Shown: positions 19,593-29,096, numbered from the stretch's first letter. The stretch: DNA of 64,000 bases from an uncultured Candidatus Saccharibacteria bacterium (GCA_964468795.1 CAYXWL010000001.1:147587-211586), one strand, 5' to 3'. Notes: a model not told the origin generated them from the letters alone. A program made the numbers and translations.

Positions 19593-19663
19593 TGCGATCG
19601 ATGGGAATCGAACCCATACCCTATGCTTGGGAAGCACAGATTCTACCACTAAACCACGATCGC
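19593..19663 (-). tRNA. tRNA-Gly(CCC)
   Basis: GCGATCG acceptor, TTCCCAA anticodon loop, GGTTCGATTCC T arm. Confidence 0.93.
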
Positions 19664-19846
19664 ATGTGTCTCCTCCATACATTAGCAGTGCACTTTCTGG
19701 ATATAATATCGCCTGACTCAATTATATCTCAAAAAGTTCTTCGTTGGGTCCCAACCCAACTTCAGCCATGGGAAGGAGTATCATGCAACTCAAACAATCC
19801 CGCTTTGACGAATATCATACAACACTTTAATCTATGTATAAATAAC

Positions 19847-19931
19847 GGAGAGTTGGCAGAGTGGTCTAATGCGCCGCACTCGAAACGCGGTTGGGAGCAA
19901 TCCCTCACAGGTTCAAATCCTGTACTCTCCG
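19847..19931 (+). tRNA. tRNA-Ser(CGA)
   Basis: GGAGAGT/ACTCTCC acceptor, CTCGAAA loop, long variable arm, GGTTCAAATCC. Confidence 0.92.
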
Positions 19932-19977
19932 CAGATTGAAACTTCGCGATTTGAAAGCCTTTGATATTTTTTAAATA

Positions 19978-20907
19978 TTACGCCCCGCACAATGACTTTA
20001 ATTCTTTCAAATCTGTTACAGTCGGCTTATCATTGTATCCGTTGTTAAGCCTATACATAATCGCCTTTGGATCATCAACGTGTTCAAGACCCAGTGCGTG
20101 TCCCAGCTCATGAGCCAAAACTCTGACCAGTTTTGATCTGTTATCAAACTGATAGACATCTATTTCCTCACCAGAAATATCGCTTTTGAACAGACCCTCA
20201 TCAAACTCATCACCCAAATTATCCCCGATGGCGTTGTAAACTCTGACGCTTTCATTCACATTTGTAGCCACTTTATTTATTTGCGAAGCTTGTGAATTTA
20301 ATTCCGAAATTTTTCTATTCAGGTCAGATTGCATAGAAGATAGCGAGGCCATTTCAGAATTCAGATAGCTTTTTTCATTGCTAAGCCTAGCATAGGTTGA
20401 CTTGTCGGCACCTCCTTGGGCATTTACTCTTTGAACTTCAGCATCGTATTCTGCTTTTCTTTGATTGAAAGAATTTAACCTAGATTGGAAAACAGCTTTG
20501 GCCGATACGTATTCGGAATTTAAAGAATTATATTTTGCTACAAGCTGGCTATACTCTGATTTTGAATCTTTTACAGCACTTCCGACCTGTTGCAATTGCT
20601 GAGTTGATGCCTGCCTACCATCGTATATTAGATTTATTTTAAGATGGCCTTTTGATGTAAGCTCGAAGAGATTTCTACCGGCAGGCTTTTCCCAAACTGC
20701 CTCGGCCTCTTTCAAAGCTGATGCAAATTCTTCCCGTGATAATCCAAATCTCGTATCAAATTTTTGAATGCTGTACTCTATTGGCGATCTGCAAGGCAAG
20801 TACCTGCTTTTCATTTGATAATAGACCACTGACAGAGGGTCCCAGAATACATACAATACAATGAAGAAAATAACCAAGCTTACGATGTTTCCAAAGTTTT
20901 TATTCAT
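19978..20907 (-). CDS. Matrixin (M10)-like zinc metalloprotease with coiled-coil insert
   Basis: HELGHALGLEH plus Met-turn AIMY; N-terminal TM. Confidence 0.85.
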   Translation of the reverse strand: MNKNFGNIVSLVIFFIVLYVFWDPLSVVYYQMKSRYLPCRSPIEYSIQKFDTRFGLSREEFASALKEAEAVWEKPAGRNLFELTSKGHLKINLIYDGRQASTQQLQQVGSAVKDSKSEYSQLVAKYNSLNSEYVSAKAVFQSRLNSFNQRKAEYDAEVQRVNAQGGADKSTYARLSNEKSYLNSEMASLSSMQSDLNRKISELNSQASQINKVATNVNESVRVYNAIGDNLGDEFDEGLFKSDISGEEIDVYQFDNRSKLVRVLAHELGHALGLEHVDDPKAIMYRLNNGYNDKPTVTDLKELKSLCGA

Positions 20908-21049
20908 CAACAAATATTATCTCATTAAATATGAATTTCTTACAAACAAGACCCGAAAGCATTTGAAATAAAAAATATTGACTTCTGGCTAAATAAATAA
21001 AGCTGTGCAATACTTTAATCAGAAAACGCATTGCCTAATGGAGGGTTCC

Positions 21050-21571
21050 ATGACTTGGTATGGCAAACTCTTGGCTGTAAATGAGCGTGTGACACTCAAT
21101 TTCTTCTACCTAGAGCTCGTTGAGGCGGCTAATAGACAAATTGACGAAGCTTGCGCGCTTTACGTTGCGAGCATTTTTGCCCATTATGCCCAGGTGTCAA
21201 CCTGCTCAAGCGATCAAATGCCAGCTCCTAATTCTCTTTCAGAAGTATTTGACCACTTTGTGGCAAATACTGATGTAAGGCGAGACGCAGAAATGATGGA
21301 AATAGCTGGCAGCTATTCTCTGCTTCTTACTGGCTTCTTTCGAAACCAAATGAAAAGCAGACATAACATCAATTGGCATTGCGATCGTGGTGCAGATTTC
21401 TTCCTAAAAGCGAGCTACCTACAGGAAACGTGCTCGCCTGGGAGGTCTCGCATGCTGAAAATAATTGGCAAAGATTTCAGACCTCTTTCAGAAATCTGTT
21501 TTGTTCTGGGCAAGAAGCTCATCCGAAACAGCGACGACCAGTATCTAATCAGGATCAGTAAAGAATCCTGA
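21050..21571 (+). CDS. Hypothetical helical protein, solo gene
   Basis: GGAGGG SD before ATG at 21050; terminator at 21579-21617. Confidence 0.7.
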   Translation: MTWYGKLLAVNERVTLNFFYLELVEAANRQIDEACALYVASIFAHYAQVSTCSSDQMPAPNSLSEVFDHFVANTDVRRDAEMMEIAGSYSLLLTGFFRNQMKSRHNINWHCDRGADFFLKASYLQETCSPGRSRMLKIIGKDFRPLSEICFVLGKKLIRNSDDQYLIRISKES

Positions 21572-21578
21572 CTTCCAA

Positions 21579-21617
21579 AAAACACGCTCCGAACATTTTG
21601 TTCGGAGCGTGAGTTTT
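21579..21617 (+). terminator. Terminator
   Basis: CACGCTCCGAACA-ttt-TGTTCGGAGCGTG. Confidence 0.8.
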
Positions 21618-21625
21618 ATTCCTGT

Positions 21626-21755
21626 GGAGGATAGGAGAATTTCGATCCCTATTGGGTCAGTACCCCAGGATATAATATTTCACTTCGCTCATATTATATC
21701 TCAATCGGGCTTCGAATCTCACACAGAGCAATAACATTGCTCTGCTCTATCCTCC
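21626..21755. repeat. Palindromic element whose ends copy the tRNA-Ser(GGA) 3' end
   Basis: GGAGGATAG...CTATCCTCC terminal arms; 13 nt identical to 35900-35912; two internal hairpins. Confidence 0.7.
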
Positions 21756-21926
21756 TTGTAAAAATTTCATTTTTTGCGGAGGGTATTAGACGAAGTTAGA
21801 ACCTCGTTAATGCTTTCAGATTACACTAAATTCAGCATTGTTAAAAGATGGTAAAAGAAAAATGGGCAAGCAACTTGATGCTCGCCCATCTAGGTTTTAG
21901 TCGAAGACTTTATTAAAGAAAGGGGT

Positions 21927-22739
21927 TCAGTGGTTAGCTGAACCCAGAACCATTTGAAATGCTCTCTTAAGATACAATCGAACCTTTTCGAGGTTAAGCT
22001 TGTCATTTTCGTCCCGGAGCTTTCCTTCGGCGTCAATCGATAGATTAGGAAATTCTTTGACCAACGGCTCGATTAAGCCCAGAGTTTCGCAACACAAACC
22101 GCCAGCGATGCCAATTCCCATTTCCGGGTAATCTCCTCTGACTTCACGCAGGTATTTTGTACCCTTGTTTTGGTCGAATGGTTGGCCTTTGCCACCGCTT
22201 GGGTCGATAAGAACCGCATCAACTAGCCAAGAGCAACAAGCTCTGTGGTCGTAAATCAAATGAATCAAACCTCCGAGATGACCAAGACCGTCAACCTCTG
22301 CGAGAACCCTTCCTCCCATTTGCACGACCAGAAACTTGTCGGGATGGGAGTCTTGGTAATTTCGCAATGCCGTTGCTTCTGGCCATCTAACATTGAGTTG
22401 AAAACCGTCAAAGTTCCCAGACCCAACCAGCTCGGTAATTTCGTAGAGTTCGTTTTGAAGTCGGTCGTGGTGGTCCGTGCTGTAATGAATCAGATTTAAT
22501 GCTCTTTCATTTTTCACGAATATTCCAGACACATCTTCCTTTTTCGGGTATCTGCCTGGATATTTATTGGTCATACCTGCCAGAGTTTTCGAACTCATCA
22601 GCACACCGACCATAAGACGATGTGTAGGTTTTTCTGGAACCATGTTCAACGCTTCAACCACCTCGGCGTTGGACATAAATCCAGTAATCCCTATGTACGG
22701 CCCCGTTTTGGCGACAACCCTGTTTCTTGTAAGGAACAT
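21927..22739 (-). CDS. TrpF-like TIM-barrel protein of unknown function
   Basis: YIGITGF, VLIDPSGGKG, GIAGGL, SIDAEGKL resemble a PRAI phosphate-binding barrel; CAGGAGG SD before ATG at 22739. Confidence 0.6.
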   Translation of the reverse strand: MFLTRNRVVAKTGPYIGITGFMSNAEVVEALNMVPEKPTHRLMVGVLMSSKTLAGMTNKYPGRYPKKEDVSGIFVKNERALNLIHYSTDHHDRLQNELYEITELVGSGNFDGFQLNVRWPEATALRNYQDSHPDKFLVVQMGGRVLAEVDGLGHLGGLIHLIYDHRACCSWLVDAVLIDPSGGKGQPFDQNKGTKYLREVRGDYPEMGIGIAGGLCCETLGLIEPLVKEFPNLSIDAEGKLRDENDKLNLEKVRLYLKRAFQMVLGSANH

Positions 22740-22809
22740 TAGAACCTCCTGAAAAGATACTGCAATATTTTCTGTAAAAAAGCAAAAAGAAAACCGAGTT
22801 GCCTCGGTC

Positions 22810-23358
22810 TTAATTTTTGAACAATTCTTCCATTTTATATAATGCCCGGACATTCGGCGGGTCGGTAACCAGCTCTCTGGCTTCGGCAATAGTCGCCCAT
22901 TTGGTGGTATGGAACTCTTTCGGGTCCACATTAAATTCCGAGCCATCAGTCGGAAACCGATACCACAAATCAAGGTGCTCCTTGCAAGGTTGGACCCGAT
23001 TGACGATTGGTGTAATGGTCAGAAGGAATGGTTTGATGTGGTTTTGAATGCGATTAGCCACCCCAAGCTCTTCTTCAATCTCTCGGTTTAAGGTCTGCAT
23101 CAAGGTCTCACCCCGGTCTATGTGACCGCCGGGTGAAAGCCATAGGCCAGATTTCTTGTGATGAACGATGAATACCTGCTTGGTATCTGGATTGTAAGGA
23201 AGAAAATAACAGCAGAAATGGCTCATGTTGCCGTCATCTCTGGTTAGCTGGCCTTGGGCCAGACGAGCTGACCAATAATCTGCAATAGCTTGATTGCAGA
23301 GCGATGGGTTGATTTCAGCCCCAATTTCAGTTTGTAAATTGTCCATGTTTTTCTCCAA
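22810..23358 (-). CDS. NUDIX hydrolase
   Basis: GGHIDRGETLMQTLNREIEEELG Nudix box; alternative start ATG 23346. Confidence 0.88.
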   Translation of the reverse strand: MEKNMDNLQTEIGAEINPSLCNQAIADYWSARLAQGQLTRDDGNMSHFCCYFLPYNPDTKQVFIVHHKKSGLWLSPGGHIDRGETLMQTLNREIEEELGVANRIQNHIKPFLLTITPIVNRVQPCKEHLDLWYRFPTDGSEFNVDPKEFHTTKWATIAEARELVTDPPNVRALYKMEELFKN

Positions 23359-23394
23359 AATTAAGATTACTCAAAATAATTTGTAATGCAACAT

Positions 23395-24375
23395 TTAAAA
23401 AAGAGAATTTCTAAACTCTTCAAAGTGTTCGGAAAGATTTTTAATGCGAGGGAAATCAGTTCCCAAAAACTTATCAACTCTGTGATTATCATTTAGATAA
23501 TGCTCACTTTCTGACCACAATCCGTGGATTGATTTGAGATAATATAACTTTAATCCTCTTGTTAACTCATCTTCGGATATGGGATAAGTTTTTCGGTATG
23601 AATCCATATATAATTTGGCACGGCTTATATTTTCTTCGCTCAAATCATCGCATAGAAAACTATACATCATACATTTAAATAATTCGTGTGTTCGTGGAGA
23701 ATAGCTGGTTTTTTCAAAGTCAAAAACCCACGAAATTTTATCGTTGCCACCAAAGAAAACATTATGGTCGGTGTAATCTCCGTGAATAAGATGGTCGCTT
23801 GATAAGTTCAAATCCTCATAAACAACTGTGTTCTCTTGAACCAGCTGTTTTTTCAGATTAAGGCTTTTCAAAGCCGATTCATCAAAATCGTCAAAATTTG
23901 TTTTCTTTTGAATTTCGTTTATGACCAGTTCTATTTTAGCCAAGCTTTTTTCCTTGTTCCATGGTTTAAATTTGCCTGAAACAGGCAACTTTGCATCTCT
24001 TCCTAACAAATGGATTTTGCCAAGCATTTCTCCAAGCGAGACAATAGCGGTTTCTGTTAATTCCTTTCCGCTCAACTGCTTATCCAACACAAAAGGAAAA
24101 AGTGCATAGCAACCATCTTCAAATGAAAAATATGTGCTTCCTTCTTTGTTGGTTATAGGAAGAATTACAGGAATATTACCGTCAGAAAAATATCTTTTTA
24201 CAGATTGAATTTCCTCCACCTTTTCTTTGGCATCTGGAGCGTATTGTTTGAGAAAATACCTCGTATCTCCATCAATGAGAATATGGTTTTCAGAAAGTGA
24301 ACCCTTCTTCACTTTTTCGTGATATTGAAGGTTTAGACCATATAAGTTGCTGGTATGTTTTAGCAGAGTATCCAT
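23395..24375 (-). CDS. APH/choline-kinase-fold phosphotransferase
   Basis: LIHGDYTDHNVFF (Brenner motif) and FDFE. Confidence 0.85.
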   Translation of the reverse strand: MDTLLKHTSNLYGLNLQYHEKVKKGSLSENHILIDGDTRYFLKQYAPDAKEKVEEIQSVKRYFSDGNIPVILPITNKEGSTYFSFEDGCYALFPFVLDKQLSGKELTETAIVSLGEMLGKIHLLGRDAKLPVSGKFKPWNKEKSLAKIELVINEIQKKTNFDDFDESALKSLNLKKQLVQENTVVYEDLNLSSDHLIHGDYTDHNVFFGGNDKISWVFDFEKTSYSPRTHELFKCMMYSFLCDDLSEENISRAKLYMDSYRKTYPISEDELTRGLKLYYLKSIHGLWSESEHYLNDNHRVDKFLGTDFPRIKNLSEHFEEFRNSLF

Positions 24376-24376
24376 A

Positions 24377-24778
24377 TTATTTCAAAATTTGAGGTATGAA
24401 ATCACGAGAAATTTTTCTGACTTGGGCCGAGGTTTTTCCTAAAATAGCAGATTTCATCAAGCGGTGTAAGCCATCTAAAATAAGCCAGCGACCTTTGTTT
24501 TCCATTATGTCTATGGGATGCACAAGGTCAGCTTTCATTGTTCTTTCGTATTCCTCCTTATGTGCTTCTGGATTATCTATAACTTCCTGTGGTTTGAGAT
24601 TATAAACCCCATTTTCCCAAAGGAAAGGAATATCAAAATGCCAAGTCAGCTCATCTGTACTGATTTCCTCTGGCCCCACTTCCAAAGCCCAGACTTTTTC
24701 TTCACTCCAGTCAAAATCAAAACCAACATCCTTGATGATTTGTGGAATTTCATTTGAATTGTTTTTTATTTCTTCCAT
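24377..24778 (-). CDS. Small ParB/Sulfiredoxin-like domain protein
   Basis: HPIDI...WLILDGLHRL motif; no HTH. Confidence 0.75.
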   Translation of the reverse strand: MEEIKNNSNEIPQIIKDVGFDFDWSEEKVWALEVGPEEISTDELTWHFDIPFLWENGVYNLKPQEVIDNPEAHKEEYERTMKADLVHPIDIMENKGRWLILDGLHRLMKSAILGKTSAQVRKISRDFIPQILK

Positions 24779-25311
24779 TATTTTTTATAAAATCCTGTAT
24801 CGGGGCAGGTTATCTGAATGAAAGCGTTTCGCAACGCCTCTTCCAAGCTGACTTCCCGTAGGATTGTTCCACCAGAATATGTGCCCCAAGTATCATTCGG
24901 CAGTTTTCCATATTCTTCTTCAATAATTGTCATCACATCGGAGTGTTCCATTTTGAGTTCGTCCATTTTCTTGAGAATAAAGTCTGGGACCTTTAATCCG
25001 CTTGAATAGCCGTAATACTCCTTGTCCTCAGTAATAATAACAGCCCAAGCTTCCTCATATATGTGCCCATATCGCTCTATAAGGCCACTTTCAAGACCTA
25101 TATAGTAATTTGCATCAGAGTGGCGAGATTTACTGTCCAACGCTCTGTTTTTTGCTCCATCAAAAGTTTGTTTGTCCCACGGAGTGTCTGGCATCAGCGA
25201 TTTGGCTCCGTAACTTTGTATTGAAACATCTTTATCGGCAAAAAACTGCTTGATGATTTTTTCAGCAATTTTTATTTTTCTATCACTTGATGAGCCGATT
25301 ACGAATTTCAT
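24778..25311 (-). CDS. YjjX/DUF84-family inosine/xanthosine triphosphatase-like
   Basis: IGSSSDRK, TFDGAKNRA, IGLESGL, YSGG..LR. Confidence 0.8.
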   Translation of the reverse strand: MKFVIGSSSDRKIKIAEKIIKQFFADKDVSIQSYGAKSLMPDTPWDKQTFDGAKNRALDSKSRHSDANYYIGLESGLIERYGHIYEEAWAVIITEDKEYYGYSSGLKVPDFILKKMDELKMEHSDVMTIIEEEYGKLPNDTWGTYSGGTILREVSLEEALRNAFIQITCPDTGFYKK

Positions 25312-25850
25312 TTTAGTGTCAAATGTTTTTTAAGTTTTTCCAATGCCAATTTTCTCATACTGAATGAGTTTTTTTCTTCGGCAGTCAGTTCACCAAAAGT
25401 TTTGGAATAGCCCTCTGGCTGGAATATAGGGTCCCAACCAAATCCAGTGCCTCTTGGTGATACAGTCGTTCCTTTTACTGCACCTTCAAAAAATTCAATG
25501 TTTCCGTCTAAATCAGAATGACCAATAATCGTTTTTGCTTCTGCGTTAAAATTTCCGAAAACAGTAATCATTTTATACAACCCATCGTTCCCGACAGTTT
25601 TCATAAACCATTTTATAAGAGGACCTGGCAAACCATTCATTGCTTCAAAATACAAAGATGTGTCCTCAACAATAAACTCACCCTTGTGATGTTTCTGGGC
25701 TTCTTCCAGCTTTGCCTTGATGATTTTGTGGGCATCAATTTCCTGTATTTCGGGAAGGTCAATATCCAATCCTTCTATAAAGTCGCCAAGAATTGCCTGA
25801 ACTTCTGCTAGCTTGCCTTTATTGCCAGTGAGAAAATAGAGTGGCGTCAT
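25308..25850 (-). CDS. Ham1/RdgB non-canonical purine NTP pyrophosphatase
   Basis: FLTGNKGK, LPEIQ, VEDTSL, GLPGPLIKW, FGWDPIF; SMR in place of SHR. Confidence 0.92.
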   Translation of the reverse strand: MTPLYFLTGNKGKLAEVQAILGDFIEGLDIDLPEIQEIDAHKIIKAKLEEAQKHHKGEFIVEDTSLYFEAMNGLPGPLIKWFMKTVGNDGLYKMITVFGNFNAEAKTIIGHSDLDGNIEFFEGAVKGTTVSPRGTGFGWDPIFQPEGYSKTFGELTAEEKNSFSMRKLALEKLKKHLTLK

Positions 25851-25903
25851 ATTAAGAATAATATAACACAAAAATTCATTTTACCCCATTATTCATATTT
25901 TGA

Positions 25904-26221
25904 TTAAGGTAAAAAATTTATTCTTATATAATCCCAAAAACTATATGCATAATCAATTATTTCTACACCAGTACTAGTAGGAGGTTGACCACATTTTGGA
26001 CATAGAAGTGCTTTATCGCTATCATATCTTATTCTACAAGGCTCACAGTAGCAGAGGTTGATACGAGTAGGCTTGTGTCGCATTTTTAAGTCTCTGAAAT
26101 GCTCATATGTATATTTAGACTCAAATTTTAGACCGCATACAGGGCAATTTTCTAGTTTCAATTTATTCTTGAACTCGTCTCTGCAACTAACACATGCTTG
26201 TATAAATCCGATTAGTTCCAT
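25904..26221 (-). CDS. Multi-CxxC zinc-ribbon protein
   Basis: CVSC, CPVC, CEPC, CPKC. Confidence 0.65.
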   Translation of the reverse strand: MELIGFIQACVSCRDEFKNKLKLENCPVCGLKFESKYTYEHFRDLKMRHKPTRINLCYCEPCRIRYDSDKALLCPKCGQPPTSTGVEIIDYAYSFWDYIRINFLP

Positions 26222-26273
26222 ATTTTGCTATTATGCGTTTAATAATTGAAGGATAAGAAATGGTAGGGTTAAA

Positions 26274-26837
26274 TTATTTTGTAAACTTAAGTGAGGAAAT
26301 GATTATTCCTTCTTCTGTCATTGATTGGGTTCCATTCTCATCCCACATCAAAGAAATGACTATGCGATATTTATTATTTGGTGTATTTACGACAACCCAA
26401 GTACCGCCATCCATAGTAATCGCTTCTTGCCCGTCAATATTTAAAACATTGTAACCCTCTGAGAGGTCTTTCTTCGCATCATTTTTTAGCCATTCAAGAG
26501 GTGTAACACCTTTATTATTTTTAGACATCTCTATATGTATTCCACCATATGGGTCGCTTTTGCTTTCTAAAATTGATTTTGGCCAGATGTATAACTCAAC
26601 GGGTTCAAACTTATTTTCCACAAACATATGAGGCGGATACTGAAATGAAAAACCAACATCGCTTTTATAGGTCAGAAAACTTTTTTCATATTCATAATAT
26701 TCGTCTGAACCAACAATACTAGGTATGGGATTATGAGTTACTTCAGCGATTTTTGTCTCTTTATGTCTACTGTAGTAAAAAGTAAATGATATTACGCATA
26801 GAATGATAACAATTGATATAAGTATTTTTTTATTCAT
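26274..26837 (-). CDS. Membrane-anchored PsbP-like protein
   Basis: N-terminal TM, GFSFQYP, IDGQEA, ISSLKF. Confidence 0.6.
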   Translation of the reverse strand: MNKKILISIVIILCVISFTFYYSRHKETKIAEVTHNPIPSIVGSDEYYEYEKSFLTYKSDVGFSFQYPPHMFVENKFEPVELYIWPKSILESKSDPYGGIHIEMSKNNKGVTPLEWLKNDAKKDLSEGYNVLNIDGQEAITMDGGTWVVVNTPNNKYRIVISLMWDENGTQSMTEEGIIISSLKFTK

Positions 26838-26866
26838 ATTTTGATTCAGTATGCAACTTATTACTT

Positions 26867-29095
26867 CTACAACTCCAAATGTTCCCAGTCTGTCCAATCA
26901 TTCTCTTTCAAATTTTTACCATCGCCTTTGTAGACCATCCAACGGCCAGAAAAGTGGCTAGGGTCTGTATTAGCAACAATACCACCAAAGAGTTTCTGCT
27001 TCTTGCCAGCTCTGGCTGTGTAGGCCACCAAACCGCTTGATTTGGCTCCAAAATCGGCTAAATAGGCTCCGTGAGGGTCAAAAAGGCCGATACTGCCATC
27101 TTTCATCATTACCACGAAATCAACATAGAACGGAGCCATTTCATCGCCTAATTTATAAGGCACGGCAAAGAAGGTCCCGTCTCTTTCTCCGTTTTTAAAC
27201 CACCATTCCACCTTGTTATTTTTCTTATCCAAAAATTCAATAAACGCTTTTTCAGACTGCCAGCGTTTATCTGAAAAGAATGGCTCCATAACAGATTTAT
27301 TGACCTCCATTTCTTCGTAATTTTCGCCGAAGACCATTTTCTCTGGCACATCCCATTCACTTTGGACCAGCTCGTTGTTGCGTTTTTCCGTAGACGAGAT
27401 ATAGGTGATTTTGGCATCGTCAATGACTGCTTCAAAAAGAGATTTGTTATCCTCGCTCAAAACAGTGTTGATTATCTCTTGGAATTTTTCCAATTTCGGC
27501 ATACCAAGCTCTTTATCAAAAAACTGGTAGATTGACTCTTTGAGACGACCTACTGACCTATCTTCTGGATGAAATGGTGAAAGGTTTCGGTAAATGAAAT
27601 AGTCAAATAGTCTCTGTAAATCAGCATCACTTCCCATATCAACGAGCACCGTAGCTTTAATGTGTTCACCAGCGATAGTGTCTATGTTTTCTGTTCGCCA
27701 ATCGGAAATGAAAGCCGAATGGACTTTCTGATTTTTCAGTTTGATTTTATCCGCCAGTTTTGACTGTTTGGCTTTCTCCAAAAAGAGAGAAGTGAAAAGT
27801 GGGCTCAAGCGGGTCTGCTCACGATGGCGTTTGCTATGGACCGATGAAAGATTTATCGGCTCATATTTTGGCGACCTGTTGCTGATATGGATAACCACAT
27901 AATCCCGCCCGATGTCTTCCTTGATTTCAATGCCTTCAAGGTTGGTGTAAACATAAGCATAATTGAGCATATCGTCCTTGTAGTAGCCGATTTCTGGTTC
28001 TGGCACACGCATAATCCTGCCAATGGTTTGAATAGAGAAAATGGGACTGGACCATTCTCGGAAAAGGACCAAAATTTGAGCTCTTGGGCAATCCCAACCC
28101 AGAGCGATAGCTTGTTTGAAAATAAGGACTTCTACTTCGCTGTCGTTGCGTTTGATATTGTCGGAATTTTCTTTATTCTCTGCCAAGTAGAAAGCTAGCT
28201 TGCCATTTTTGGTGGTGATATTGTGTTTGTCTGCCAGTATCTTTACAAGCATTTCTTGTCTGTCATCATCACCTTGACCACGCCTGTCTGGAAGCTGGAT
28301 TAGGAGAAGTGGATTAACTGAAATTTTACCCGCTTTGTATTTCTTGGCTAGGTCTTCTCGTTTTTTTAAGGCAATGTCCAAAATAACTTCATCAGAGCTG
28401 TTAGCCAGTTCGCTTTTGACTATATCTGAATTGTTTTTCTGGACAACATTTTTGAAATTCTCATTGAGGACCACCGCTTTCTTTATCATCTCCTCGGCTT
28501 TGACCTCGGCAATGTCCACGCTAACAATCTTGTCTGGGTTAGCCATTACAGGAGTAGCGGAAACTTCAATAGTCAAATCCGGCTTGATAGCGGAAATAAG
28601 GTTTTGTGAGGTTTCTGCTTGAGCGTGGAAATGACTCTCGTCTATGATGAGAATAATTTTTCTGTCAGCTTCCCGTGTTCGGCTGATTATATTTGAAAGA
28701 TTGTTGTCTTGCTCGTTATCTCGTATGTAAATGTTGCCGTCCTGTCTGATACTTTCCCAGTTGAAAAAGAGAACCTCGTTTTCATCTATTTGCCTGTCGT
28801 TTAAGTCTTCAAAGAAAGAACATTCCATCGCCCGTGATTTTTCAAAATACAGCTCAATTTTTTCTTTGCTCTGCTCGTGGAGCTGACGAGGAGCGGTCCA
28901 GATGAATGAGCAAGGGGTATGTCTTTTGTCATCGGCAAATCTTGTTAGAAATTCAGCCACCATTATGGTCTTGCCCGAACCAGTAGGAGCTTTGAAAACT
29001 AGCTTTTTCCCATCACTAATTTTCAAAAGACGAACTGCATCATCTAGCAATTCTTGGGTATGTTCATCTTGATATGTTGTTAGCTTAAAAGCCAT
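26867..29095 (-). CDS. res: Type III restriction endonuclease Res subunit
   Basis: APTGSGKT, IIDESH, SAT, GWDCPRA, QTIGRIMR, C-terminal YVDFVV nuclease motif. Confidence 0.88.
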   Translation of the reverse strand: MAFKLTTYQDEHTQELLDDAVRLLKISDGKKLVFKAPTGSGKTIMVAEFLTRFADDKRHTPCSFIWTAPRQLHEQSKEKIELYFEKSRAMECSFFEDLNDRQIDENEVLFFNWESIRQDGNIYIRDNEQDNNLSNIISRTREADRKIILIIDESHFHAQAETSQNLISAIKPDLTIEVSATPVMANPDKIVSVDIAEVKAEEMIKKAVVLNENFKNVVQKNNSDIVKSELANSSDEVILDIALKKREDLAKKYKAGKISVNPLLLIQLPDRRGQGDDDRQEMLVKILADKHNITTKNGKLAFYLAENKENSDNIKRNDSEVEVLIFKQAIALGWDCPRAQILVLFREWSSPIFSIQTIGRIMRVPEPEIGYYKDDMLNYAYVYTNLEGIEIKEDIGRDYVVIHISNRSPKYEPINLSSVHSKRHREQTRLSPLFTSLFLEKAKQSKLADKIKLKNQKVHSAFISDWRTENIDTIAGEHIKATVLVDMGSDADLQRLFDYFIYRNLSPFHPEDRSVGRLKESIYQFFDKELGMPKLEKFQEIINTVLSEDNKSLFEAVIDDAKITYISSTEKRNNELVQSEWDVPEKMVFGENYEEMEVNKSVMEPFFSDKRWQSEKAFIEFLDKKNNKVEWWFKNGERDGTFFAVPYKLGDEMAPFYVDFVVMMKDGSIGLFDPHGAYLADFGAKSSGLVAYTARAGKKQKLFGGIVANTDPSHFSGRWMVYKGDGKNLKENDWTDWEHLEL

Positions 29096-29096
29096 A

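Noticed and set aside
19740-19775. Hammerhead or twister ribozyme
   Set aside because: CTGAAG...GAAG on the minus strand only partly fits; the conserved CUGANGA/GAAA core is absent
19592-19939. 115-aa ORF
   Set aside because: Spans two tRNA genes; spurious
21626-21638. 13-nt match to the tRNA end as the island's att boundary
   Set aside because: It is one arm of a local palindrome. The 21775 repeat includes the tRNA terminus (TGCGG) and restores an in-frame integrase tail. Not fully excluded
22740-22973. N-terminal extension or frameshift fusion of the TIM-barrel ORF with NUDIX
   Set aside because: Overlaps NUDIX in another frame and crosses a terminator-like hairpin; strong SD at the ATG at 22739
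24377-24778. Chromosome/plasmid partition ParB
   Set aside because: Only 133 aa, no HTH and no adjacent ParA
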